From an uncultured Thermotogae bacterium (GTDB lineage Bacteria; Bipolaricaulota; Bipolaricaulia; UBA7950; UBA9294), in the NCBI GenBank assembly GCA_964550615.1, contig CAZKAB010000001.1, positions 76,786 to 140,785 on the forward strand: a stretch of DNA of 64,000 nt. The letters are read 5' to 3'. A program made the translations under genes and the position numbers. This document shows positions 54,799 to 63,083 of the stretch, in pieces (position 1 is the stretch's first letter; every line of letters begins with the position of its first letter). The notes under the pieces were generated by a model. It did not search any database. It had not been told where the DNA came from and saw only the letters and a program-made list of their open reading frames with translations.

Positions 54799-57015
54799 CT
54801 AGCCGCACGGTGGGGTGGTTTCGTCGCAAGTACCCGGCACCGATCCTGGCAACGGAGAACAGATGTTTGTGTTGGTCAGCCAGTAGGCGATGATCGTCTT
54901 CAGTGTCTCATAGGTAACCGTCTGCCCACAGGTACGTGGAACAACTTCGTCTTCCAGCCAGAACGCAATTGCACGCTGCACCTGCTGGAATGAGATCTTA
55001 TCGGAGAGTGTGATGTCGATAGTATCGTTCTCTACATCCCACCGTGAGATCGCCACCAACACTGAAACGCAGTCGGCTACTGCTACCGAGTCATCCCCGG
55101 TCACTTGAGTGTTCTGGCAAGGCAGGGCGGAGTCGACGGTCCCCTGCAAATCAGTGCTGCTCACGTAACACGGATCGCTTCCTGTCGTCTCGATCGCTTG
55201 TGTTTGCGGCACTTCAACCTGATAGATGATCGTCTTCGTCGTTCCAACTCCTAACTTGCTGGGGAAGACCCATTCCACTTGTGATCGCTTGTAAAGGAAC
55301 CCGTCGTTCTCGACCGGAGTAACTCTCCATCCGGTGGGGAGCTCTTCCTTGAGCCCAACTCCGTACAGATCTTGATCGGCACTGATCTCCACCTTGACGG
55401 TGAACGTGTTGCCGGCCGGGTTGCCGTCGGGACCATAGTAGTTAAGCAAGATGTTCCCGCATGGGACCGGTGTGGCGATAGTACGAACGGCAGTGATATT
55501 CGCCTGCGGAACCGCTGGCAGATCAACGTCGACCGGTGTACAAGTGTATGCGTACGCAGCGATGTCTTTCATCGCTTCCAGGTCGATCGTCGCTCCTTGC
55601 GTCCAGGGCACCGTTTCCTCGTTCTGCCACATCTCAAGAGCACGAGTGAGCTGATCGGGCATGATCTTCTGTGACAAGCGCAGATCGATCGTGTCGTCAC
55701 TGTCTTCGCCAACACGCGGAACAAGATGCGCGATTGCGGTCTTCAACGGTAGCGCATCGGTTATCTCTATCGTTGAATCACCCTCCACAGGCAGTTCGAA
55801 TGCAGGGGTTCGCGCTTGGAATATGCCGGTGATGTCGAAACATACAGGAAGGGTGGTGGCGATCAGTTCGTTGCTGGACGGCACGGTTACTTCGTAAGAA
55901 ATGACCTTGCTTGTGCCGGCCTTGATCTCATCTATGAATACCCATTGCACTGCCGCCCGTTTGAAAGCTGCGCCAGCGTTTTCCAGCGGCTTTATCTTCC
56001 AACCGACCGGGAGCTTCTCTTCCAACCCGACGCCGGCAAGATCCATTTGGGGCTCGATACGGACGACCACTTTGAACGTGGTCCCCGGAAGCGCCGCGAT
56101 TGTTGAGATCGTACGTGTGACCTTAACCGCTAGGTCGGCTACGTTGACGGACACCGAAGTCCGGGCTGTCGCTCCTGCGGCATCGGTCGCTCGAAGTGTC
56201 ACGTTCTTCATCCCGCTGACCGCGTAGCTGTGCGTGACAACAGGATTGGTGGTCGTCTGATCGAATATACCGTCGCCGTCAAAGTCCCACTCGTACTTGG
56301 CAATACTGCCATCCGGGTCCATCGAGGCGCTGGCATCGAACGAGATCGCCTCGTTGATGTGCGGATCGGTGGGGGAGATGCTGAACGACACCTTGGGTGG
56401 CTGGTTCAGCGTCCCCTGGAAAATGATCGGATCGATCAGGTTCAGGCTCACCATTTGCGGTGAAGAAGCGCTGCCGGACGGGAGTTTGACCGCCGTGATC
56501 CCGGCGGTGAACTGTGGATACAGAGTCAACTCAAACTCGGAGCCGAGCGGTCCCAGGACCATACCGTCTGATTTTCCATCGTCCCACGTCCACGAGACAC
56601 TACCCGTGGGGGGAGTGAGTTGCCACACCTCACGGAAATCGGCCGGGCCGTCGTCCTGAACGGTAAAGCCCGCTCCGGCCGGTACACCGGACATGGTCAA
56701 GGACGTTGACCCCGCCGTTCCGCCCGTGCCACTTAGCAAGACGAACAATGACACCGCACCTGTTGTCGTGTTGCGATACAGGAACAGCACCGCGGTATTC
56801 GTCTCCTCCAAGCCCGTGTTCGACTGGTTGTTCGTCATGTTGTAGTAAGCATCGGCGGCCGTCGAACCCGAAAGCGGGACTATCTGTACCCGCTTATCCC
56901 CTTGGCTGACCGTGTAGTACCCTGACTCCTGGGCAAGTACACTCGCCGGGAAGAGGAGGGTGCCGAGTACCAAGAGGAGGAAAAGGCCATAAAGGCTAGC
57001 CTTATACACCTTCAT
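54799..57015 (-). CDS. Secreted 738-aa protein: unknown N-domain, PKD domain, then two tandem (GW module + twin-helix module) units
   Basis: It has a signal peptide (MKVYKASLYGLFLLLVLGTLLFPASVLAQE) and a PKD motif (YEWDFDGDGIFD). An internal duplication is detailed in the findings. GGAGG SD upstream. The stop lies 22 nt before the next gene's start. Confidence 0.75.
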   Translation of the reverse strand: MKVYKASLYGLFLLLVLGTLLFPASVLAQESGYYTVSQGDKRVQIVPLSGSTAADAYYNMTNNQSNTGLEETNTAVLFLYRNTTTGAVSLFVLLSGTGGTAGSTSLTMSGVPAGAGFTVQDDGPADFREVWQLTPPTGSVSWTWDDGKSDGMVLGPLGSEFELTLYPQFTAGITAVKLPSGSASSPQMVSLNLIDPIIFQGTLNQPPKVSFSISPTDPHINEAISFDASASMDPDGSIAKYEWDFDGDGIFDQTTTNPVVTHSYAVSGMKNVTLRATDAAGATARTSVSVNVADLAVKVTRTISTIAALPGTTFKVVVRIEPQMDLAGVGLEEKLPVGWKIKPLENAGAAFKRAAVQWVFIDEIKAGTSKVISYEVTVPSSNELIATTLPVCFDITGIFQARTPAFELPVEGDSTIEITDALPLKTAIAHLVPRVGEDSDDTIDLRLSQKIMPDQLTRALEMWQNEETVPWTQGATIDLEAMKDIAAYAYTCTPVDVDLPAVPQANITAVRTIATPVPCGNILLNYYGPDGNPAGNTFTVKVEISADQDLYGVGLKEELPTGWRVTPVENDGFLYKRSQVEWVFPSKLGVGTTKTIIYQVEVPQTQAIETTGSDPCYVSSTDLQGTVDSALPCQNTQVTGDDSVAVADCVSVLVAISRWDVENDTIDITLSDKISFQQVQRAIAFWLEDEVVPRTCGQTVTYETLKTIIAYWLTNTNICSPLPGSVPGTCDETTPPCG
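54844..55059 (-). repeat. Twin-helix module, C-terminal copy in the 738-aa protein
   Basis: Peptide: LVAISRWDVENDTIDITLSDKISFQQVQRAIAFWLEDEVVPRTCGQTVTYETLKTIIAYWLTNTNICSPLPG. Confidence 0.65.
55204..55407 (-). repeat. GW module copy 2 (738-aa protein)
   Basis: Peptide: TFTVKVEISADQDLYGVGLKEELPTGWRVTPVENDGFLYKRSQVEWVFPSKLGVGTTKTIIYQVEVPQ. Confidence 0.65.
55525..55743 (-). repeat. Twin-helix module, internal (more divergent) copy in the 738-aa protein
   Basis: Peptide: KTAIAHLVPRVGEDSDDTIDLRLSQKIMPDQLTRALEMWQNEETVPWTQGATIDLEAMKDIAAYAYTCTPVDV. Confidence 0.55.
55876..56079 (-). repeat. GW module copy 1 (738-aa protein)
   Basis: Peptide: TFKVVVRIEPQMDLAGVGLEEKLPVGWKIKPLENAGAAFKRAAVQWVFIDEIKAGTSKVISYEVTVPS. 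Confidence 0.65.
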
Positions 57016-57135
57016 TGCTACCTCCTTCGTGCTGATCTCGCGTTCTCAATTTGCAATAGTGAATCCCTATCATTCTACCGATCGCCCTCCTTGTAAGTCT
57101 GTAACGTCGGTTACTCTCTCGCTCGCACACTGTCA

Positions 57136-57765
57136 TCATAATGAAACCGCCAGTTGATAGAGCGCCGCGTCGATCGCCTTCTTCGCTGCTTCTAGTGGAT
57201 CGGCCGTCAACAGCGACAAGAGAGGCTTATCTTCGTTCGTAACCGTCGTCGTAAACTCTATGTCGCCAGAAGGGTTGAACACCGTTGCGAAAACGCTCAC
57301 CGTCGCCTGTTTGTCAAGTCCGAACAGAAGCCCTAGCGGACTGGTGAGAAGTTGCATCGAGTTATCCAAGAACGAGCTTACCCCAAGGAACAACAAGGAA
57401 CGTTCGGGTCTAAAAGCGATATTGGTATCCCATCGAACGATTCGAAACACAATGAGGTGATCCGCGTCCAGCGTTTGAGCAAGTCTTCGCATTCCTTCAA
57501 GCGGGACAGTGTTTCCGATGTAGGTGTTTGTGAGACGCTGTGCGTACATCAACTCGCCAGCGGATGCGACCGTCGTGCCGGTGATAATGGCACAATGTTG
57601 GTTGGCGTAGCTCTTGAGGATCTCCAGTTGCGATGCCGGAATAGGCACCGCCGCCTGTACAAAGACGGCCACCTTCTCTCGCTGGCCGAATACCGGGACA
57701 ACAGCCGTCAGGCTGACCAGTAGGATAACAAATCCGTACAGCGCAAGACGTAGTTTACTCAACAT
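57136..57765 (-). CDS. Secreted or anchored protein of unknown function (209 aa), first gene of the surface-protein operon
   Basis: It has an N-terminal hydrophobic signal/anchor (MLSKLRLALYGFVILLVSLTAVVPVFG), and GGGGAG lies upstream of the ATG. The alternating alpha/beta-like pattern gives no family I can name. Confidence 0.5.
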   Translation of the reverse strand: MLSKLRLALYGFVILLVSLTAVVPVFGQREKVAVFVQAAVPIPASQLEILKSYANQHCAIITGTTVASAGELMYAQRLTNTYIGNTVPLEGMRRLAQTLDADHLIVFRIVRWDTNIAFRPERSLLFLGVSSFLDNSMQLLTSPLGLLFGLDKQATVSVFATVFNPSGDIEFTTTVTNEDKPLLSLLTADPLEAAKKAIDAALYQLAVSL

Positions 57766-57916
57766 ATTCTCCCCACCACCCGTTTGCTTGCCTGTTTCAT
57801 TGCTCGGAGTCTACCGAGCGGGGAGGCGGGGAGAAAGGAACGGTGTCAAACGTCACCCACAGCTTTGTCTAAGGGGTCATAGACAAATGTCCGGTGACGT
57901 TCAGTCGCAGATCTGT

Positions 57917-58360
57917 TTACAGAGAGATCTCTTTGGGATTCTGTGCGACGTGGGGATGGACAGGGCCTTCATAGACCTTGAGTTTGCGCAGCATGCGGCG
58001 TCCGAGCGTATTCTTGGGAAGCATTCGCCGCACCGCTTCGCGAACGGGTGTGGTGGGGCGACGCTCGATCAAATTGCGATACGACATCTCTTTCAGTCCG
58101 CCAATGAACCCGCTGTGGCGTTGAAACATCTTCTGGTCCCACTTGTTCCCGGTCAGGCCGACCTTTTCTGCGTTGATAACGACGACATAGTCGCCGGTGT
58201 CTACGTGCGGGGTATAGATCGGCTTGTGTTTGCCTTGCAGGATGACGGCGATTTCGCTCGCGAGCCGTCCGAGATGCTTGCCGTCCGCATTTACGACGTA
58301 CCAATCTCGATTCCAGCTCTTACCTATCTGTTCATTCTTTGCCACAAACGTGCGTTGCAT
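57917..58360 (-). CDS. rplM: 50S ribosomal protein L13
   Basis: The protein is unmistakably L13 ([47 protein letters not shown]). ORF 57917..58366. I prefer ATG 58360 (AGGAG 7 nt upstream). Confidence 0.95.
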   Translation of the reverse strand: MQRTFVAKNEQIGKSWNRDWYVVNADGKHLGRLASEIAVILQGKHKPIYTPHVDTGDYVVVINAEKVGLTGNKWDQKMFQRHSGFIGGLKEMSYRNLIERRPTTPVREAVRRMLPKNTLGRRMLRKLKVYEGPVHPHVAQNPKEISL

Positions 58361-58409
58361 GATCATGCTCCTTAGCTCTCCGATTCAGGACGTGATTATA
58401 TCCAGCCGG

Positions 58410-59684
58410 CTAATCCCTGTCAAAACCGGTAAGGATCGTCTCCTCAGGCGACGGGCCCACCGAAACGAGAAAGATGGGTACGTCGAGGGAGTGCGCAATG
58501 ACCGCCAAGTACTCGCGTGCCGCATGCGGCAGATCCTCGTACCGTCGCACAACGGTGATATCCTCACTCCATCCGGCGACGGATTCATAGATCGGCTCAC
58601 ACGCCCCGAATTCCTCACTTGACGCCGGGAGTGACATAATCTCACGCCCGTCCAGCCGATATGAATGGCAAACCCGAATCTCCTTCATTCCGGTGAGGAT
58701 GTCGAGCTTGGTGATGGCGAGCCCTGTCGGCGCGTTAAGCCTCGCCGCGTGGCGCAAAGCGACCAAGTCAAGCCAACCGCATCGGCGCGGCCGTCCGGTG
58801 GTAACGCCAAATTCCGCCCCCGCCTGCTGCAACCGTTCGCCGAGCTTGCCTGAAAGCTCGGTAGGGAAGGAGCCTGCGCCAACGCGCGTCGTGTATGCTT
58901 TGGTAACCCCAATGCGCCGCTTTACTTCCAATGCGCCAATTCCGATCGAATTCGCCAATCCAGCAAATGTCGTGCTTGACGATGTGACATACGGATAGCT
59001 GCCGTAGTCCAGATCGAGCAGCGCCCCTTGTGCCCCCTCGAACAGCACTTCTTCTCCTCGCGCCATCGCTGCTTGCACCGTTCCGGCCGCATCGCCGATC
59101 ACGGAGATGAATGGCTGTCCGGCATTGAGAAGATCATCAGCTATGCTTGCCGCAGACAGCGAGGCGATCGCTCCCGCCTCCGGCCAATTCTCGCGCAAGA
59201 GCCTAAGCCGCGCCTCTATCTTCTCCTCCAGTCGTTCGCGATCGAGAAGATCGACAGCACGAATACCGACGCGAGCCGCCTTGTCACGATACGCCGGTCC
59301 GATCCCGCGGCGTGTCGTTCCGATCGCCTCTCCGCTCCCCTCAAGCTCCTCAAGGATGCGGTGGTATGGCATGATCAGATGGGCATTCTCAGCAATCACC
59401 AGCTCCGGTTCTTCTCCCATATGCTGAGCGATTTTATCGTATTCCTCACGGAGCACGGCCACATCTATAACCATTCCACCCGCGAGGACGCAGCGCGCAC
59501 CAGCATAGAATGCACCGGCCGGCATTTGGTGGGTGCCGAACTTCACGCCGCGATCGATCACGGTATGGCCTGCGTTCGGACCGCCATTGAACCGCACAAC
59601 CAAATCCGCATTCTCTGCCAGGAGGTGGGTGATCTTGCCTTTCCCCTCATCTCCCCACTGCATACCAAGCACTGCTGTTGCCAT
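58410..59684 (-). CDS. purA: Adenylosuccinate synthetase
   Basis: The N-terminal GMQWGDEGKGK P-loop and the GPNAGHTV, GTTRRGIGPAY and GVTTGRPRRCGW motifs are present. Confidence 0.95.
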   Translation of the reverse strand: MATAVLGMQWGDEGKGKITHLLAENADLVVRFNGGPNAGHTVIDRGVKFGTHQMPAGAFYAGARCVLAGGMVIDVAVLREEYDKIAQHMGEEPELVIAENAHLIMPYHRILEELEGSGEAIGTTRRGIGPAYRDKAARVGIRAVDLLDRERLEEKIEARLRLLRENWPEAGAIASLSAASIADDLLNAGQPFISVIGDAAGTVQAAMARGEEVLFEGAQGALLDLDYGSYPYVTSSSTTFAGLANSIGIGALEVKRRIGVTKAYTTRVGAGSFPTELSGKLGERLQQAGAEFGVTTGRPRRCGWLDLVALRHAARLNAPTGLAITKLDILTGMKEIRVCHSYRLDGREIMSLPASSEEFGACEPIYESVAGWSEDITVVRRYEDLPHAAREYLAVIAHSLDVPIFLVSVGPSPEETILTGFDRD

Positions 59685-59685
59685 A

Positions 59686-62600
59686 TCACCCTCCTCGAGA
59701 ATCGATCCGCCTCACGCCGACACGCACAGTCGCATCATCGATGTCGAATTCCTCTGTTGCTACTTGCTTGTCGCCGATCGCGTTCTCCACTCTCACAGCC
59801 AGGACTTCCGCTGCAATTGCATCTTGGTTATCCCTGATAACACTGCCGAGCGGCTCATCCGCTTCATAGGAAAGGGCGATGCGATCGGTCACATCGAATC
59901 CCGCTTCTTTTCGGAGCAGTTGCACGCGATGGGCAATCTCCCGCACCCACCCCATCTCCTGCAGACGCGCGTCGATCATCGTGTCGAGGAGCAGGCGCAC
60001 GCCTCCATCCTGAATCAACACGAAGCGTTCGGGGAGAACTGCGTCAAACGCAATATCATCAGCGAATATCGACATGCCCTCCTCCGCCAACGCGATCGGG
60101 CCATTGGCAATTGCTTTCCTCAGTGATTCAGCTGTTTGTGCCTTTATCCACTCCGCCGCGCGCGGTGCTGCCGCGCCGAGACGCGGGCCGAGGGTGCGGA
60201 AGTTGGGAGACGGTGTCTCCTCGAAGTAATCGGACAGCGTGGACACGAATTCCGTCTCCTCTACGTTCAATTCAGTCTTCACCAGCCCAAGGATCTCCTG
60301 CGACATCGCCTCTTTCGTGCCCATGTCTCCATCGTCCGTGCAGACGACGATTCCGGCTAGCGGCTGGCGCACCTTGACCTGCGCCTGGTTACGCGCCTGA
60401 TGTCCCAGCGACACGATTCGACGTGCCAGATCCATCTGGATTTCGAGCTCCCCGTCGACCACTGCCGGATCGGCCGCGGGGAAGCGGCACAGATGAATGC
60501 TTGCCGGGTCGTCATCCGTGCGAAGTCGTTGGAAGATCTCCTCGGAAATGAACGGTACAAACGGGGCCAACAGTTTCGCGAATTCCATCAATACACGATA
60601 CAGCGTTGCGTATGCGGCAACCTTGTCCGCTCCCATTCCTCCACGCCAGAACCGCCTCCGCGATGAGCGGACATACCAGTTGGAGAGATCATCCAAGAAT
60701 GTCTCCAGAGCGCTTGTCGCACCAACAACATCGTAGCCGTCAAGGCACTCGGTCACTGTCTTCGTTGTCGATGCAAGCCGCGAGCGGACCCAGCGATCGA
60801 GGATTGTCAAGTCGCCATCGCGTAGCTCATCCCGGCGTGGGTCGAAATCATCGATCGACGCGTACAGCGCGAAGAAATCGTACGTGTTGCGCAACGTATC
60901 GAGGAATTTGTACAGCGGGTCCTTTATCGCCGCCTCGCCAAGGCGCTTTGACTTCCAGGGAGCACTGGATGAATACAGATACCAGCGCAACGTATCCGCA
61001 CCGTAAACATCGATCAGCTCCCACGGATCGAGAAAGTTACCCTTGCTCTTGCTCATTTTCAGACCTTCGCCATCCAGGCCGAGGCCGGTGACAAGACAAT
61101 TTCGATACGGAGCGGCCCCGTGGATGATCGTGCTCGTGGCAAGCAGTGTGTAGAACCATCCACGTGTTTGATCCATCGCTTCGCAGATGAAATCGGCGGG
61201 GAAGCTATCGTTGAACCGATCTGAGTTTTCGAACGGGTAATGCCACTGTGCAGTGTGCATACTGCCGGAGTCAAACCATGCGTCGATCACATTCTCCACC
61301 CGCCGCATCGTCTTCCCGCACTTCGGGCAGGCAAGCTCGACCTTGTCAATGTAAGGTCTGTGCAGTTCGACGCTCTTGGCCAGTTCTTTGTCGAGCGAGT
61401 GTTCCACGAGTTCTTCGCGGCTCCCGACGGATACCGGCTCACCACATTCCTCACAGATCCACAGATTGAGCGGCGTGCCCCAATACCTATCGCGTGATAA
61501 CGCCCAGTCCTTGAGGTTTTGCAGGAAGTCACCCAGGCGTCCCGTCCCCACGTGCGCCGGATACCAGTTGATCGATGCGTTGTTCTTTAGCAGTTCTTCT
61601 TTTACTGCCGTCGTCTTGACAAACCACGAATCGAGCGCGTAGTAGAGAAGAGGGGTATCGCAACGCCAGCAGAATGGGTAGTCATGTTCGTACGGAACGA
61701 ACCGGTACAGCACTCCGCGCTTTTTCAAATCATCTACGATTACCGGGTCAGCATCCTTGACGAACTTTCCCGCGCACAAAGGGAAGAGATCGGTGAACCT
61801 GCCAGCTAGATCGACCGGCTGGAAGAAGGGAAGCCCGTTGTCCTGTCCGAGCTTGTAGTCATCCTCGCCGAAAGCGGGGGCAGTGTGCACAATCCCCGTT
61901 CCATCTTCCATGTTGACAAAATCGGCTGCGTGCACCCGGTATGCGGCTTCCTCTTCGACGAGACGAAACGGCGGCTCGTAGGAGAGTCCGACGAGATCCG
62001 CGCCGGGAAACTCTCGCACAACGCGATACTCGCCTTCCATGGCCCGCTCGACAAGCTCCCGCGCAAGGACAAGCCTCTCTTCTCCCTGTTCCACCTCAAC
62101 ATATACAGCATCAGCGGCGACCGCAAGACCGATATTTGCCGGGAGCGTCCACGGGGTCGTTGTCCATGCGAGGAGAGATGTCGTGCAACCGCTATCCAGT
62201 TTGTACATGGCGTCCGCGTCTGATGCGATCGGCATCTTCACCGAGATGGAAGGATCCTCCACTCTGCGATATCCCTGCGCCACCTCATGCGAGGAGAGCC
62301 CGGTGCCACAACGCGGGCAATACGGGAGGATCTTGTGGCCCTGATACAGGAGCCCACGATCGAACATCTGTTTGAGCTCCCACCACACGGTCTCTATGTA
62401 GTCATCTGTGTAGGTAACGTAGGCATTTTCGAGATCGATCCAGAACCCCATCCGCTCGATCATCCTCTCCCATTCGCCCTTGTACTTCCACACCGACTCC
62501 TTGCAGTGCTGAACGAACTTCTCGACACCGTACGCCTCAATCTCCGGCTTGCTGTTCACGCCTATCTCTTTCTCTACCTCGAGTTCCACCGGAAGCCCGT

Positions 62601-62862
62601 GCGTATCCCATCCCCCTTTGCGGGCGACGTAGAACCCTTGCATTGTCTTGTAGCGCGGGAAGAGGTCTTTGTACACTCGTGGCATCAAGTGGCCCAGGTG
62701 CGGTTGTCCGTTTGCCGTGGGGGGGCCTTCGAAGAAGACATAGCGCGGCCCGTTCTCCGTTGCGGCAAGCGACTTCTGGAATGCATCCTCTTCCTTCCAC
62801 AAGGCGAGGATTGCTCGTTCTCGAGTCACCGGGTCTTTGGTAAGTTTCTCATATTGAGACAT
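59686..62862 (-). CDS. ileS: Isoleucine--tRNA ligase (long, type-2-like form, 1058 aa)
   Basis: It has the class I motifs PPTANGQPHLGH (HIGH) and KMSKSKGN (KMSKS), an editing-domain WTTTPWTLP motif, and a CP1/zinc CPRCG..CWRC. The length and N-terminus resemble the Thermus/actinobacterial/eukaryote-like IleRS type. Confidence 0.95.
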   Translation of the reverse strand: MSQYEKLTKDPVTRERAILALWKEEDAFQKSLAATENGPRYVFFEGPPTANGQPHLGHLMPRVYKDLFPRYKTMQGFYVARKGGWDTHGLPVELEVEKEIGVNSKPEIEAYGVEKFVQHCKESVWKYKGEWERMIERMGFWIDLENAYVTYTDDYIETVWWELKQMFDRGLLYQGHKILPYCPRCGTGLSSHEVAQGYRRVEDPSISVKMPIASDADAMYKLDSGCTTSLLAWTTTPWTLPANIGLAVAADAVYVEVEQGEERLVLARELVERAMEGEYRVVREFPGADLVGLSYEPPFRLVEEEAAYRVHAADFVNMEDGTGIVHTAPAFGEDDYKLGQDNGLPFFQPVDLAGRFTDLFPLCAGKFVKDADPVIVDDLKKRGVLYRFVPYEHDYPFCWRCDTPLLYYALDSWFVKTTAVKEELLKNNASINWYPAHVGTGRLGDFLQNLKDWALSRDRYWGTPLNLWICEECGEPVSVGSREELVEHSLDKELAKSVELHRPYIDKVELACPKCGKTMRRVENVIDAWFDSGSMHTAQWHYPFENSDRFNDSFPADFICEAMDQTRGWFYTLLATSTIIHGAAPYRNCLVTGLGLDGEGLKMSKSKGNFLDPWELIDVYGADTLRWYLYSSSAPWKSKRLGEAAIKDPLYKFLDTLRNTYDFFALYASIDDFDPRRDELRDGDLTILDRWVRSRLASTTKTVTECLDGYDVVGATSALETFLDDLSNWYVRSSRRRFWRGGMGADKVAAYATLYRVLMEFAKLLAPFVPFISEEIFQRLRTDDDPASIHLCRFPAADPAVVDGELEIQMDLARRIVSLGHQARNQAQVKVRQPLAGIVVCTDDGDMGTKEAMSQEILGLVKTELNVEETEFVSTLSDYFEETPSPNFRTLGPRLGAAAPRAAEWIKAQTAESLRKAIANGPIALAEEGMSIFADDIAFDAVLPERFVLIQDGGVRLLLDTMIDARLQEMGWVREIAHRVQLLRKEAGFDVTDRIALSYEADEPLGSVIRDNQDAIAAEVLAVRVENAIGDKQVATEEFDIDDATVRVGVRRIDSRGG

Positions 62863-62936
62863 CGCAATCTCCTTAACGCACAGAAACTCTCAATTATTCA
62901 TGGATAGGCAAGAAACGACAAGGACAAAGCAGCGCG

Positions 62937-62958
62937 CATGCCCCGCTAGCGGGGCATG
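62937..62958 (-). terminator. Perfect 22-nt GC-rich palindrome between the MFS gene and ileS; possible terminator
   Basis: CATGCCCCGCTAGCGGGGCATG is self-complementary. On the minus strand it lies 126 nt after the MFS stop and is followed by only a weakly T-rich tract (CGCGCTGCTTTGTCCTTGTCGTTTCTT). Confidence 0.35.
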
Positions 62959-63083
62959 ATAATATAGATGAGGAGCGGCAGGAATACTACGTTTGTTGTC
63001 GGCATATTTCGATCACGTCCTATCATAGCTTCGGCATGAACGCGAATCAAGATACAGGAAACGCGCTTACCTGGGCCCTCTGG

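Noticed and set aside
57614-58375. A 253-aa plus-strand ORF spanning the rplM region.
   Set aside because: It overlaps L13 and the 209-aa gene start in antisense, and has shadow-frame composition.
59028-60126. Plus-strand ORFs 59028..59837 (269 aa) and 59533..60126 (197 aa).
   Set aside because: They are antisense to purA and ileS, both of which are unambiguous.
62863-63083. A possible T-box leader upstream of ileS; I also checked upstream of alaS (31279-31454) and aspS (45601-45723).
   Set aside because: I read the leader strands and found no T-box core (..GGGTGGTACCGCG..) or specifier/antiterminator arrangement. The regions are short and better explained by promoters and one palindrome. 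An Rfam scan would be decisive.
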